A DNA stretch of 62,357 nt, filler included, from Limisphaerales bacterium (lineage in GTDB: Bacteria; Verrucomicrobiota; Verrucomicrobiia; Limisphaerales; SIBE01), in assembly GCA_044225505.1 (NCBI GenBank). It is 4 parts of 4 records of this genome, joined end to end, with 100 filler letters (N's around TTAATTAATTAA, not from the genome) between each part and the next. Parts side by side here need not be neighbours in the genome. Positions count along the whole stretch, not along the records: positions 28,240 to 56,322 come from JBGAIN010000105.1; 3 more parts are not named here. One strand, given 5' to 3'. Positions 40,896 through 51,135 of the stretch are shown one piece after another. A program made the position numbers and the translations under genes. How positions within the stretch are numbered: the first letter of the stretch is position 1; the number at the start of each line of letters is the position of its first letter. The notes under the pieces are model-generated. The model made no database searches. It was not told where the DNA came from and saw only the letters and a program-made list of their open reading frames with translations.

Positions 40896-40986
40896 GGAGA
40901 GATGGCTGAGTGGTTTAAAGCGCACGCCTGGAAAGCGTGTGTGGGCTTAAACCCCACCGGGAGTTCGAATCTCCCTCTCTCCGCCA
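40896..40986 (+). tRNA. tRNA-Ser(GGA)
   Basis: GGAGAGA acceptor stem, CACGC-CTGGAAA-GCGTG, long variable arm, GTTCGAATC, CCA end. Confidence 0.97.
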
Positions 40987-41155
40987 TATCTTTTCACGCG
41001 CCTCCTCTGCTCGCGAACCGCAGGCCGTTCTGATTCTGCCGTTGCCCTATGGCGCCAGCCTTGTGCTGAAGCGACAAATCCTGGAACAGAGAGCAACGAG
41101 CAGTGACATTCCCAGTCTTGCTCAGATCGGGACTGATAGGGCAAAGTACGTCTAG

Positions 41156-42328
41156 ATGCGTGAAACGATCCGAGCCTGGACGGAAAGTCTGGAGACTTTC
41201 GTCTTGGAAGTGATTTTTGAACAGCGCCCCGGCAAACGAGCGGCGCTGGCGCGCTGGGCTTTGTTCTTTCTGTCAAAGCTTTTCCAGATGGGGGTCGCGG
41301 TCCGACATTTCCTCTATAGCGTTCGAATCTTGAGAGATTCGACTTTGGGAGTTCAGGTCATTGCCATCGGCAATTTGACAGTCGGCGGAACTGGAAAAAC
41401 TCCTGTGGTGGAAAAGTTTGCACGCGAACTTCGAGATCAAGGACGGATGGTGGCGATCCTATCCAGAGGCTATCGATCTAAACCACCCCCTCTCGGCAAA
41501 CGGCTACTGAACAAAGCTTTATTCCGGGAGGAAAGCACGCCACCCAGGGTGGTATCGGACGGGAAATCACTACTCTTGGACTCAGATACCGCAGGCGACG
41601 AACCTTATATGCTCGCCTCCAATCTTCGAGACGTCGTGGTCCTAGTAGACAAGGACCGGGTCAAGAGTGGTCGCTACGCGATCGAGAAGTTCGGCTGCGA
41701 CACGCTTCTGCTGGATGACGGTTTTCAATACTGGAAACTGCGAGGTCGCCGGCGCGACATTGTTCTTATTGATTACCAACAACCGTTTGGTAACGAGTAT
41801 TTGCTGCCACGAGGGACATTGAGAGAGCCTCCGTCCCACCTAGCAAGAGCGAGTACCATCTTTATCACGAAAAGCAACGGCAGCACCGAACAACTCCGTC
41901 AACGAATTCAGCAGTACAACCCCAACGCCCGCATTATCGAGTGCGTTCATCATCCGCTCTATTTCGAAGATGTTTTCACCGGTGAAAGGCAAGGGCTTGA
42001 TTTTTTGAAGAATAAAAAGCTCGCGTCTTTGAGTGGTATCGCGCAACCGGAGAGTTTTGAACAAAGCTTGATCAACTTGGGCGGCGAGTTGGTCTACTCG
42101 AAGCGCTTCGCGGATCACCACCGCTTTTCCCAGCAGGAAATCCTGAACGTGATTAACCGTGGCAAAAAACGCCAGGCGCAAGTCATTCTTACCACTCAAA
42201 AAGATGCGGTTCGATTTCCCAAACTCGACCGCCGTGACCTGCCCATTTACTTCATGCGTGTCGAAATCAAGATCCTCCGCGGAGCCAAAGATTTCCAAGA
42301 TTGTGTCCGTCAGATTTGTTTTCGTTAG
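41156..42328 (+). CDS. lpxK: Tetraacyldisaccharide 4'-kinase
   Basis: IGNLTVGGTGKTP, ILSRGY, GDEP, LLDDGFQ, LLPRGTLRE, FADHH, TTQKDAV. Confidence 0.95.
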   Translation: MRETIRAWTESLETFVLEVIFEQRPGKRAALARWALFFLSKLFQMGVAVRHFLYSVRILRDSTLGVQVIAIGNLTVGGTGKTPVVEKFARELRDQGRMVAILSRGYRSKPPPLGKRLLNKALFREESTPPRVVSDGKSLLLDSDTAGDEPYMLASNLRDVVVLVDKDRVKSGRYAIEKFGCDTLLLDDGFQYWKLRGRRRDIVLIDYQQPFGNEYLLPRGTLREPPSHLARASTIFITKSNGSTEQLRQRIQQYNPNARIIECVHHPLYFEDVFTGERQGLDFLKNKKLASLSGIAQPESFEQSLINLGGELVYSKRFADHHRFSQQEILNVINRGKKRQAQVILTTQKDAVRFPKLDRRDLPIYFMRVEIKILRGAKDFQDCVRQICFR

Positions 42329-42333
42329 GAACG

Positions 42334-43293
42334 ATGGATTTGCTGCTCTATTGGATAGCTAAAGGCGCGGTACGCATTTTGCGGCTTTTACCACTGCCTT
42401 GGGTTGCGCGCGTCGGCCGTTGTTTTGGCGCATTGGCCTATTGCATTGACGCCAGGCATCGGCGGGTCGCCACCGAGAATTTGAACCGCTGTTTCGAAGC
42501 TGAAAAGTCCCATTTGGAGATTCGCCGGTTGGTGCGCGAGCACTTCTGCCGTCTGGGCGAAAATTATTGCTGCGCTATGAAGACCGCATTCATGTCATGG
42601 AAAGAGCTTGCCCCTTACGTAGAATTCGTTGACACATCGAAACTCCCCTCGCCTCGGGCCGCGGATAAAACGCACAGCTGTATTGTCGCCATCGGCCATT
42701 TCGGCAACTTCGAGCTTTACGCGCGCTATGGAGAATTTGCGCCTGGATATCGGTGCGCCACGACTTATCGAGCTCTGAAGCAACCCCGCTTGAATCGCCT
42801 GCTCCAATCTATGCGCGAACGTTCAGGCTGTTTGTTCTTTGAACGCCGCAGCGAGGCCAACGCTTTGAAGTTGGCGTTTGCCGGAAATCCTCCCCTCCTC
42901 CTTGGGCTTCTGGCGGATCAGCACGCGGGCGAACGAGGTGTTCGAGTCCCCTTCTTCGGACGCGAATGCTCGACGACAGCCGCTCCCGCGGTTTTGGCTC
43001 TGCGCTACGGGTCTCGTCTTTACACTGGTTTCTGCTATCGCGCTGCCCTCGGACGTTGGCGCATTCAAGCCGGCGATCAAATCCCAACCCACGAAGCAGG
43101 GCAACCCCGCTCGATAGAAGCGATTACCCTCGATATCAACCGAGCCTTTGAAACTGCGGTTCGTCGCGACCCCGCGAATTGGTTTTGGGTCCACAAACGA
43201 TGGAAGCCGTTCCGATCGTCCGTCCCGAAGCCCGCTGCGGCAGAAGATCTCACAGCCAACGCCGATGCCAATAACGCTCTTCCGCTAACCTGA
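42334..43293 (+). CDS. Lipid A biosynthesis acyltransferase (LpxL/HtrB family)
   Basis: HFGNFE, LLADQ, VPFFG, PANWFWVHKRWK. Confidence 0.9.
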   Translation: MDLLLYWIAKGAVRILRLLPLPWVARVGRCFGALAYCIDARHRRVATENLNRCFEAEKSHLEIRRLVREHFCRLGENYCCAMKTAFMSWKELAPYVEFVDTSKLPSPRAADKTHSCIVAIGHFGNFELYARYGEFAPGYRCATTYRALKQPRLNRLLQSMRERSGCLFFERRSEANALKLAFAGNPPLLLGLLADQHAGERGVRVPFFGRECSTTAAPAVLALRYGSRLYTGFCYRAALGRWRIQAGDQIPTHEAGQPRSIEAITLDINRAFETAVRRDPANWFWVHKRWKPFRSSVPKPAAAEDLTANADANNALPLT

Positions 43294-43318
43294 GGCCGCC
43301 TAGACAACGGTTGGACAC

Positions 43319-44494
43319 GTGAGCGACGCATCTCCCACAAAACCGCGGCGGATCCTTATCCGGGGTGTGAATTGGCTGGGCGATGCGATCATGGCCACCC
43401 CTGCCCTCCTCCGCTTGCGGGAGGCAGAGCCCGATGCCGTCATCGCGCTGCTGACTCCCGATAAGCTGGTCGATCTTTGGACCGGTTTTCCAGCGATTGA
43501 CGACGTCTTAACGTTCAGCGGCCGCGACGGCTTGTGGACGACGGCTCGTCGTGTCCGCGCATGGAGCGCTGACATCGCTGTGGTGCTGCCAAACTCGTTC
43601 CGTTCCGCCGCCGAAGTCTGGTGCGCCAGAGTTCCCCGCCGAATTGGCTACACTGGTCAGAACCGGCGCTGGATGCTCACCGAAAAGGTCCCGCCCAGGA
43701 CGGGAGCCGTGCGCATGCGAAAACGCTCTGCTCGAGAGGTTCGGCGTTTGACCAACTGGCCGGGTGGCCATGAGGCTGGAGCCCCGAACCTTCACGGAGC
43801 CGAACGAACGCCAGAAGCCCCTGGTCCCCTCGTGGAAGCCCACCACCTGCACCAATATTTGCACTTAGTTCAGCGCCTTGGAGCCAATCCTGCTCCGCGA
43901 GCTCCTTCGCTATTCGTCACGCATGAGGAGACCCTCCAATTCAGGAAGCGCTTCGAAATCGCAGAGCCGAGCGGCCGCCCTTTATTCGGACTCAACGCCG
44001 GGGCAGAGTACGGTCCCGCGAAACGCTGGCCTCTCGAGCGATTTGCGAGTGTCGCACGGGCGGTTCAAGCACGAACCCGCTGCCGCTGGGTTTTATTCGG
44101 GGCTGCGAGAGACATGGAACTAACCCGACGCCTCGCGAACGACATATCCGGGAACGCCGCCGAATGCCGGACGTCCATCGTAAACGTCGCTGGGTTGACC
44201 TCCCTCCGGGAACTGTGTGCCGGGCTGAAAGCCTGCCAGGTCCTGCTCACGAATGACACTGGGCCAATGCATGTCGCGGCTGCAGTCGGCACTCCGGTGG
44301 TGGCGCTCTTCGGCAGTACATCACCGATGTTGACAGGTCCAGGCCTGGGCAACGACGCTCGCCACTGGATTCTGCGAGAGCCAGTGGCTTGTGCTCCATG
44401 TTTCCTCCGCAATTGTCCGATTGATTTCCGATGCATGCGATCTATTTCGGAGACTCAAGTGGTCGATGCGCTGTTAAGCGCTACGGTGCCGTGA
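43319..44494 (+). CDS. waaF: Lipopolysaccharide heptosyltransferase II (GT9)
   Basis: NWLGDAIM, PNSFRSA, GAEYGPAKRWP, NDTGPMHVAAAVG, C.PCF.R.CP. Confidence 0.9.
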   Translation: MSDASPTKPRRILIRGVNWLGDAIMATPALLRLREAEPDAVIALLTPDKLVDLWTGFPAIDDVLTFSGRDGLWTTARRVRAWSADIAVVLPNSFRSAAEVWCARVPRRIGYTGQNRRWMLTEKVPPRTGAVRMRKRSAREVRRLTNWPGGHEAGAPNLHGAERTPEAPGPLVEAHHLHQYLHLVQRLGANPAPRAPSLFVTHEETLQFRKRFEIAEPSGRPLFGLNAGAEYGPAKRWPLERFASVARAVQARTRCRWVLFGAARDMELTRRLANDISGNAAECRTSIVNVAGLTSLRELCAGLKACQVLLTNDTGPMHVAAAVGTPVVALFGSTSPMLTGPGLGNDARHWILREPVACAPCFLRNCPIDFRCMRSISETQVVDALLSATVP

Positions 44495-44699
44495 ACGAAA
44501 CGCTGAGCGGGACGATGGAAACATCCGCAACCTTGGTGGACCGTCGAGATGAGGAGTGCAGCGATATCGGCGCACACACGGTCTAGACCGTCTCCCTGTG
44601 ACTGACAACGTTCCTTCATTTGGCTCAACCGCAGGATGCATTCAAAGATACCGGGACGCGTCGCAGTTGCTTCAACGACGAAGAAGCAAGGATAAACGG

Positions 44700-46382
44700 T
44701 CAATTCCCCGCGATCGGACGTCGGCGTGTCGGCGTCGCCAGGACTTGCACCAATGCGGCCCAGAGAAGGCCAAGCCTGGCAACGATCTCTCTCCCTAACT
44801 GCGGGCGAGCCCAGCATAAGACCAAAAGCAGGTCGTTGACCAAAGCCACTCCCGACCATATGTAAACGCGGAATTGGAATCCCAGCCGCCAATAACCGAG
44901 GTGCCAGTACCGCCAGACCCACACCCAGACGGGCCAAAGGACAAAGTAAACGACCCAAGGCACAACCAAGACCCAAAGTAAGCTCTTCACGAGTACTTCG
45001 TTAATACTCTTCCCTGTCAGACTTAAGCGCAGAGAGATCCACATGAGCGTGAACAAGTCAGCGACCAGGATCCCAAGTACCGGCAGGATTACTTTGTAAG
45101 ACAGCGTGCTCTGAAAGACGGCCAATTCAATCGCACAAAGCACCAGAACCGGCTTTGCGAATTGACGGAACAGGGCCATGCGTTGACCTTTGAGAATCTC
45201 CTCCAAGGTGAGCGGCGTTGAGAGGAGTAATTCAAGCGCTCCATTGCGCTGGTCTTCGACGAATCGATGCGACACTTCGGAGACGACCCACACCTTTAGA
45301 AAACAGTGAATCAGCATGACGGTCGGCACGAGAGGATAGAAATCAAACATCACCTCCCTGAATCGGTAATAACCCCACAACCAGACGCCAATCATCGAAA
45401 CGAGGAAAAACCAAGCGTAAGCCGGCTTCAATCGATCCCGACTCACCAACCACAAAAACGCGTTGCGTCCGAGGAGTTCCGCGCGTAAAGCACGGCGCTG
45501 CGCTGTATCTCCCTGCGCCCAGCGCCGCCAGCGCTCCAGGAAGCTGACTTTCTTAGAGCTCGGCCTTACCACTCGAACTCGGTCTTTCCAGATTCGAGGG
45601 AGGAGGACAGCAGTGATCAAGAGGAACGCCCAACTCAAGACATGGACAGCACCAATAGAAACCCAAAAACTCCACGCTGGGATGGCGATAAATCGAACGG
45701 TTGGCAATGGCAAGGAAAGTAGGAAAGGGTAAAGCGGGTTGAGCATTATCCACGGGATGAAACGAACTAGGTCCCCTGGATTTTGCACGATTTCCATGAC
45801 CGCGATCACGAAAAAGATTGCACAGAATGGTCCGAATGTAATGGCGAGCGTGGTCACAACCGTGGCAAACATGGATTTTCGATCGTTCGTGGAGAGCGAT
45901 GAAATAAGAATCCCGATGGCTAAGGAGAAAAAAAGCGCGTTTAGGAGCACCACCACCATTTGGCCGAATTGCGCGAAGGTAACACCTCCCAGCAGGAGCG
46001 GCATGGCGAGCAAAGGGAAAACCGCCAACAGGCCGTAGAACGAATTGAGCGAACTCGCCACCAGTTTACCGAGGACAACGTCCCACCCTTTCAGGTCGGT
46101 CAAGAAAAGCAACCCCAAGGTCCCGTCCCGCTTCTCTTCACTGACGCAGTCCGATGTTACCCGGGCGCCAATTCCCAAACAATAAACGAAAGCTAATCCT
46201 GACAGTGTATAGAAGAGGGAATGCCCCTGAGAGGCCGAAGACGCGCCCTGCCACGAAAAATCCAAGCATTTCCAGGCAGCCAGTGCGATCGCGGATAATG
46301 CCGCCCAAAGTCGGGTGCGGTAGGTGCTCGAACGACGGGCCGCCACGCGCAGTTCTCGGCCAACAATAGGCAGAACGATCAT
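44700..46382 (-). CDS. ABC-2 type transporter permease-like membrane protein
   Basis: PIVGRELRVAARR, SEEKRDGTLGLLFLT, GALELLLSTPL; many TM helices. Confidence 0.82.
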   Translation of the reverse strand: MIVLPIVGRELRVAARRSSTYRTRLWAALSAIALAAWKCLDFSWQGASSASQGHSLFYTLSGLAFVYCLGIGARVTSDCVSEEKRDGTLGLLFLTDLKGWDVVLGKLVASSLNSFYGLLAVFPLLAMPLLLGGVTFAQFGQMVVVLLNALFFSLAIGILISSLSTNDRKSMFATVVTTLAITFGPFCAIFFVIAVMEIVQNPGDLVRFIPWIMLNPLYPFLLSLPLPTVRFIAIPAWSFWVSIGAVHVLSWAFLLITAVLLPRIWKDRVRVVRPSSKKVSFLERWRRWAQGDTAQRRALRAELLGRNAFLWLVSRDRLKPAYAWFFLVSMIGVWLWGYYRFREVMFDFYPLVPTVMLIHCFLKVWVVSEVSHRFVEDQRNGALELLLSTPLTLEEILKGQRMALFRQFAKPVLVLCAIELAVFQSTLSYKVILPVLGILVADLFTLMWISLRLSLTGKSINEVLVKSLLWVLVVPWVVYFVLWPVWVWVWRYWHLGYWRLGFQFRVYIWSGVALVNDLLLVLCWARPQLGREIVARLGLLWAALVQVLATPTRRRPIAGN

Positions 46383-46504
46383 AGCTGCAGTAACCTACTC
46401 AAATCCGGCAATTTGGACAGTCATGCCCCGCCGTCCGCACGCCTGCTTCACGTATCTCGTCACGCCAAGCGGTAAAGCTGCGTGGCCCCAGACCAACCGC
46501 GGAC

Positions 46505-47638
46505 TTAGACTAAGCGCTTGTACGCTGCCCGACTCGCGAGCTTGGCCACGAGCTCCTTCACCTTCTGGGATTCGTTCTTGTGCGCTAACATCATCGCGTC
46601 ATCTGTGAACACGGCAATGACGTCTCGTAATCCCACGACGGCGATCGGCGTCCGCCGGGTCGTCCGCGCATCGAAGATAATATTCCGTGCGGCGTCCACC
46701 TCCACAAAGTCCCCCACGGCGCAATTGCCAGCCGCATCCGCTGGGAGATGCCGAGCGATCGCATTCCACGACCCCAAATCATCCCAGACAAACGAGCCAT
46801 CCGCGACGACCACATTCTGGGCTTTCTCCATGAGCGCGTAGTCGATGGAAATCTTTTGAATTGCCGGATACTCCTTCGCCAGAACACGATGGAGTTTCGC
46901 GGAGTCTGGCGCGACTTTGAACCAACGCTGACACGCCTCGTACATGGCTGGTTGGTGTTTTTGGAGACCTTCCGTCAAAGTAACGAAGGACCAGACAAAC
47001 ATGCCGGCGTTCCAGCGGTATTGGCCACTTTGAACGTACTCCACAGCCTTCTCATACTGGGGTTTCTCAACGAATTTCTCGGCCCGGAAAAATGCTGTCT
47101 TAAAAGGCTTTGAGTTCTGAGGCGGCGGAAGCAGATCGCCGACTCGGATGTAGCCGTATCCAGTCGCCGGCTCGGAAGGTTTAATACCGATCGTAACGAT
47201 CGCCTGGCCTTGTTTTGCCAGCATGAACGAGTCTGCCAGCACTTGCTGAAATTTCTTTTCCTCGGGAATGACGTGATCCGCGGGGAGCACCGCCATGACG
47301 CCTGTCGCCAATCGTGAGCCGACCAAAGCGGCCCCCAGCGTGACAGCAGCGCAAGTGTCCCGCCCCACCGGCTCGGCAATGACATTTGCTTTGGGCAACC
47401 TTGGAAGCTGCTTTCGCACTTCCGGTGCCTGGACAGCGTTGGTAATGACAAACACATTCTTGGCCGGAACCAAAGCGGCAACACGGTCAAATGCCTGCTG
47501 TAGGAAAGAACGTTTGCCCAGCAGCCTAATCAGCTGCTTCGGTGTTTTTTGGCGACTCACCGGCCAGAACCGCTCGCCGCGGCCTCCCGCCATGATAATG
47601 ACAAAACAGTCTGCAGGATTGAGTTTGGGATTGCTCAT
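46505..47638 (-). CDS. manC: Mannose-1-phosphate guanylyltransferase
   Basis: IMAGGRGERFWPVSR…PKQ, EPVGRDT, PADH, TGYGYI, FVEKP, WNAGMF, SIDYALME, WDDLGSW. Confidence 0.92.
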   Translation of the reverse strand: MSNPKLNPADCFVIIMAGGRGERFWPVSRQKTPKQLIRLLGKRSFLQQAFDRVAALVPAKNVFVITNAVQAPEVRKQLPRLPKANVIAEPVGRDTCAAVTLGAALVGSRLATGVMAVLPADHVIPEEKKFQQVLADSFMLAKQGQAIVTIGIKPSEPATGYGYIRVGDLLPPPQNSKPFKTAFFRAEKFVEKPQYEKAVEYVQSGQYRWNAGMFVWSFVTLTEGLQKHQPAMYEACQRWFKVAPDSAKLHRVLAKEYPAIQKISIDYALMEKAQNVVVADGSFVWDDLGSWNAIARHLPADAAGNCAVGDFVEVDAARNIIFDARTTRRTPIAVVGLRDVIAVFTDDAMMLAHKNESQKVKELVAKLASRAAYKRLV

Positions 47639-48433
47639 TTATCGAAGGGCTTGCACCAAGGGTTGAACGAATTCACTGACCTTTCTGACGAGATCTGGCG
47701 ACTTACCAGCGCGGGCAATTTCATTCACGATGGCACTGCCAACCACCACCGCATCGGCTGCTTCCGCGACCATACGGACCTGTTCCGGATTGGAAATACC
47801 GAAGCCAACTGCGACTGGCAGAGAAGTGTAGCGACGAATATTAGCGGTCATTTCCTTGAGATTAGCCGCAACTTTCTGCTGCATTCCTGTGACACCTTCG
47901 CGTGAGACATAGTAGATAAAGCCCGATCCGCGCGGCACGATCTTTGCCATGCGACTGCCTGGGGTTGTCGGCGCTATCAAATAGATAACGGCCAGACCCG
48001 CTCGGCGCATGGCCGCCTCATACTCCTGGGCTTCCTCGGGCGGCAGGTCGAGGATGAGCAAACCATCGACACCGGCTTGGGCCGCGTCTTTGACGAACGC
48101 TTCCAGGCCATAGCGATGCACCAGATTAAAGTAGATGTATAAAACGAGCGGGATGCCAGCCTCGCGACGAATCTTCGTCACCGTCTCGAGCACGCGCCCT
48201 GGAGTCGCTCCTGACAGAAGGCCACGCTGCGCCGCCAGCTGATTTACGAGCCCATCGGCTAGGGGATCGCTAAACGGCACTCCGATCTCCAGGACATCCA
48301 CCCCCATCCGATCGAATGCCACAGCCAAGCCCGAGGTGGCCTGCAAATCCGGATCGCCAGCGCTAATGTAAACGATGAATCCCTTCTGACCACGCTGCTG
48401 AAGTTGTTGAAATCGCTCGGTAATTCGATTCAT
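47639..48433 (-). CDS. trpA: Tryptophan synthase alpha chain
   Basis: EIGVPFSDPLADG, DLPPEE, LIAPTT, YYVSREGVTG, VGFGIS, VVGSAIV. Confidence 0.96.
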   Translation of the reverse strand: MNRITERFQQLQQRGQKGFIVYISAGDPDLQATSGLAVAFDRMGVDVLEIGVPFSDPLADGLVNQLAAQRGLLSGATPGRVLETVTKIRREAGIPLVLYIYFNLVHRYGLEAFVKDAAQAGVDGLLILDLPPEEAQEYEAAMRRAGLAVIYLIAPTTPGSRMAKIVPRGSGFIYYVSREGVTGMQQKVAANLKEMTANIRRYTSLPVAVGFGISNPEQVRMVAEAADAVVVGSAIVNEIARAGKSPDLVRKVSEFVQPLVQALR

Positions 48434-48490
48434 CGGCCGGAGTTTCCGTTGTGGATTCCTGGGTTGCAAGCGTGAAAGCGCGTATCCCGA

Positions 48491-49260
48491 TCAGTCCGCG
48501 TGAGGCTGCCGCTCGGTCCAGGCCAGGCGCAGCCCTTCCAATGTCAGCAATGGATCCACGGCATTGATCACCGGCAACCCTTCCGCGATGAGGGAAGCAT
48601 ATCCACCCGTTGCGATCACTGGCAATTCCCGACAGGCCAAGGCTTGCCTAAGCTCGGCAATCAATTCTCGAACCAGGCCGCGATACCCGTGGACCGCTCC
48701 GATCAGCATCGCTTCTTCGGTGTTCTTTCCGATTGTCGCTTTGACCGCGCGAATCCTAATCCGCGGAAGCAACGCCGTCTTTTCGTGCAGGTAATCGGTC
48801 ATCGCGGCCAATCCGGGTGCGATAATTCCCCCGACATAGTTGCCAAACCGGTCAATAACGTCAAAAGTAACAGCGGTCCCGAAATCGACTACCACCGCCG
48901 GCGCGCCGTATTTGTGCTTGGCCGCGATGGCGTTAGCCAAACGGTCCGGGCCGATCGATCCCGGCTCGGGATAGTCTATCCCGAGATTCCCACGACGGTC
49001 GCCGGACCTAATAGCAACGGAGTCAACCGCCAACGTCGAAAGAGCTTTCGGGCTTTGACGGTTGCCCGAGGCACGACGCTGCAAATCGCCACACCTTCGA
49101 GAGCCTCGCGCCCCACAAACCGTTTTAACAGACGGGCAGCCTTCGCTGTCGCCCAATCCGCGGTTTCCAGATCCGTGCGTTTGCGGATTCGCCCGGCCTG
49201 GGCGAGGCCCACATGAGTATGAGTGTTTCCGATATCAAGCAGGAGGAGCACAGCATTCAT
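48491..49260 (-). pseudogene. coaX: Type III pantothenate kinase, frameshifted near 48990 (probably a sequence error)
   Basis: LLLDIGNT…CSVVP in ORF 48976-49260; GIDYP…IGPDRLAN…VVVDFGTAVTFD…GGIIAPG…IATGG…LTLEGL in ORF 48491-49156. Confidence 0.88.
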
Positions 49261-49261
49261 T

Positions 49262-50242
49262 TCATCTTACCAATGTGACGTCACCCCCAATGATTCGTTC
49301 TAAATGCCCATGATGAGTGCGGAGCAGAAGCGCACCGCTTGAGTCGAGAGACTCAGCCCGGCCGCGAATCTTGCGCGTTCCGACTTGAATTTGCACTTCA
49401 TGCCCAATCGTCGTGCATTGTTCCTCCCACTCGTTTGCGAGAGAGTCAAAATCCTGGCCTGTCGCACGCCGATAATCGTGGTCCAACTCTCGAAGAATTG
49501 CGCTGGCCAAGGCAGGCCTCTGGACGGGTTGACCACGCTCAATGCGCAGCGATGTCGCCAACTTCCGGATCTCCGGTGGGAAATCCGATGCGCTTAGGTT
49601 CACGTCAATTCCAATTCCCAGGACAACGTATTTTATCGTATCCAACTCCGCGCTTAACTCGGTGAGAACGCCAGCCACCTTCTTACCGCCAATGAGCACG
49701 TCGTTGGGCCACTTGATTTCTGGGCGGAGATCGACCTGATGGCGGATTGCCCTCGTCAAAGCCGTGGCGGAAGCGATGGTCAACTGGGTCACCTGATCCG
49801 GCCGCAGCTTGGGACGGAGCAAGATGGAAAACCAGAGGCCTTTCCCCGACGGCGAGACCCACGTACGACCCAAGCGACCGCGGCCTCGAGTCTGAGATTC
49901 AGCGAAGACCGCCACCCCCTCTTTCACCCCGTCGCGAGCTAACTTGTCAACCACATCGTTGGTTGAAGTCGTCTCCTGAAAGACTCGGATATCTCGGCCA
50001 ATCACCGTTGTTTTACCCAGTCGCGACAGTAGATCATCTGCATGAAGAAGGTCTGGGACACGCGTCAACCGGTAACCAAGATGCGGACTGGCCTGGATCT
50101 CATACCCTAAAGCTCGCAATTCTTCGACATGACGCCGCAAAACACCCACTGAGACCCCGATTTTTTGGGCCATGTCCGCACCGGAAATAGGACGTTCCCC
50201 CGCCGCGCGCAGGGTCGAAAGGATTTCGGAATCGACCGTCAC
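49262..50242 (-). CDS. birA: Bifunctional biotin--[acetyl-CoA carboxylase] ligase/repressor
   Basis: N-terminal HTH, TTSTND, AESQTRGRGRLGRTWVSP, IKWPND, KKVAGVLTE. Confidence 0.95.
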   Translation of the reverse strand: MTVDSEILSTLRAAGERPISGADMAQKIGVSVGVLRRHVEELRALGYEIQASPHLGYRLTRVPDLLHADDLLSRLGKTTVIGRDIRVFQETTSTNDVVDKLARDGVKEGVAVFAESQTRGRGRLGRTWVSPSGKGLWFSILLRPKLRPDQVTQLTIASATALTRAIRHQVDLRPEIKWPNDVLIGGKKVAGVLTELSAELDTIKYVVLGIGIDVNLSASDFPPEIRKLATSLRIERGQPVQRPALASAILRELDHDYRRATGQDFDSLANEWEEQCTTIGHEVQIQVGTRKIRGRAESLDSSGALLLRTHHGHLERIIGGDVTLVR

Positions 50243-50260
50243 AAGTCAGTGGTTCTCGTG

Positions 50261-51112
50261 CTAATCGAAGTCAAGCGCGATATCCACGGCGCGAGCCGAA
50301 TGGGTCAAAGCGCCCACGGAAATGAAATTCACCCCCGTCTCGGCCAGGGTTCTTATCGTCTCGAGCGTCACCCCTCCGCTGGCTTCGGTGCTCGCCCGGT
50401 CGCCAATGGTTAGCACAGCTGCACGAATCTGCTCTGCGTTCATGTTATCGAGAAGGATGATATCTGCGCCCGCGTCCAAGGCTTCCTGCACCTGGCCCAG
50501 GGTATCCGCCTCCACTTCCACTTTCAGCGCGGGATACATCCGACGCGCGCGACGAACGGCCGCTTCGATAGGGTTCGGTTTTTCGTGCCGCAGCGCCGCT
50601 AAGTGGTTGTCTTTGATGAGAATCCGGTCGAACAAGCCAATCCGGTGATTCTCTCCCCCCCCACACATGACCGCGTATTTCTCAAAACGGCGCCAGCCCG
50701 GCGTTGTCTTCCGTGTATCGAGGATCTTCGCACTGGTCCCGCGCACAGCGCGAACGAATCTCGCGGTTGTGGTTGCTACGCCCGAAAGCCGCTGCACGAA
50801 GTTCAACGCTACCCGTTCTGCGGTGAGCAGCGCCCGTGCTGGGCCACGCAAGCGTAGAAGAGTCGCCCCTGCCTCAACCGCTGTTCCATCGGAAAGCTGC
50901 GCTTCCATCTCAACGGCCGATGACAGTTCTAGAAAGGCGGTTTCGGCAAATTCTCGCCCCGCCAAGACCAAGGGCTCTCGGGCGACCATGCGGCCGCTGG
51001 CGAGCGCGGTTTCCGGCACAGTTGCCAATGTCGTGGCGTCTCCTGGCCCGATGTCCTCGGCTAATGCCGCACAAACCGCTTGCCGAATTTCGTCGGCCGA
51101 GAAAGGTTCCAT
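50261..51112 (-). CDS. nadC: Nicotinate-nucleotide diphosphorylase (carboxylating)
   Basis: ALAED..GD.TT, ERVALNF, DTRKTTPG, HRIGLFD.ILIKDNH, EVE, LLDN, EASGG, SVGALTHS. Confidence 0.96.
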   Translation of the reverse strand: MEPFSADEIRQAVCAALAEDIGPGDATTLATVPETALASGRMVAREPLVLAGREFAETAFLELSSAVEMEAQLSDGTAVEAGATLLRLRGPARALLTAERVALNFVQRLSGVATTTARFVRAVRGTSAKILDTRKTTPGWRRFEKYAVMCGGGENHRIGLFDRILIKDNHLAALRHEKPNPIEAAVRRARRMYPALKVEVEADTLGQVQEALDAGADIILLDNMNAEQIRAAVLTIGDRASTEASGGVTLETIRTLAETGVNFISVGALTHSARAVDIALDFD

Positions 51113-51135
51113 TCCCTGGATGGTAGCTCCGTTTC

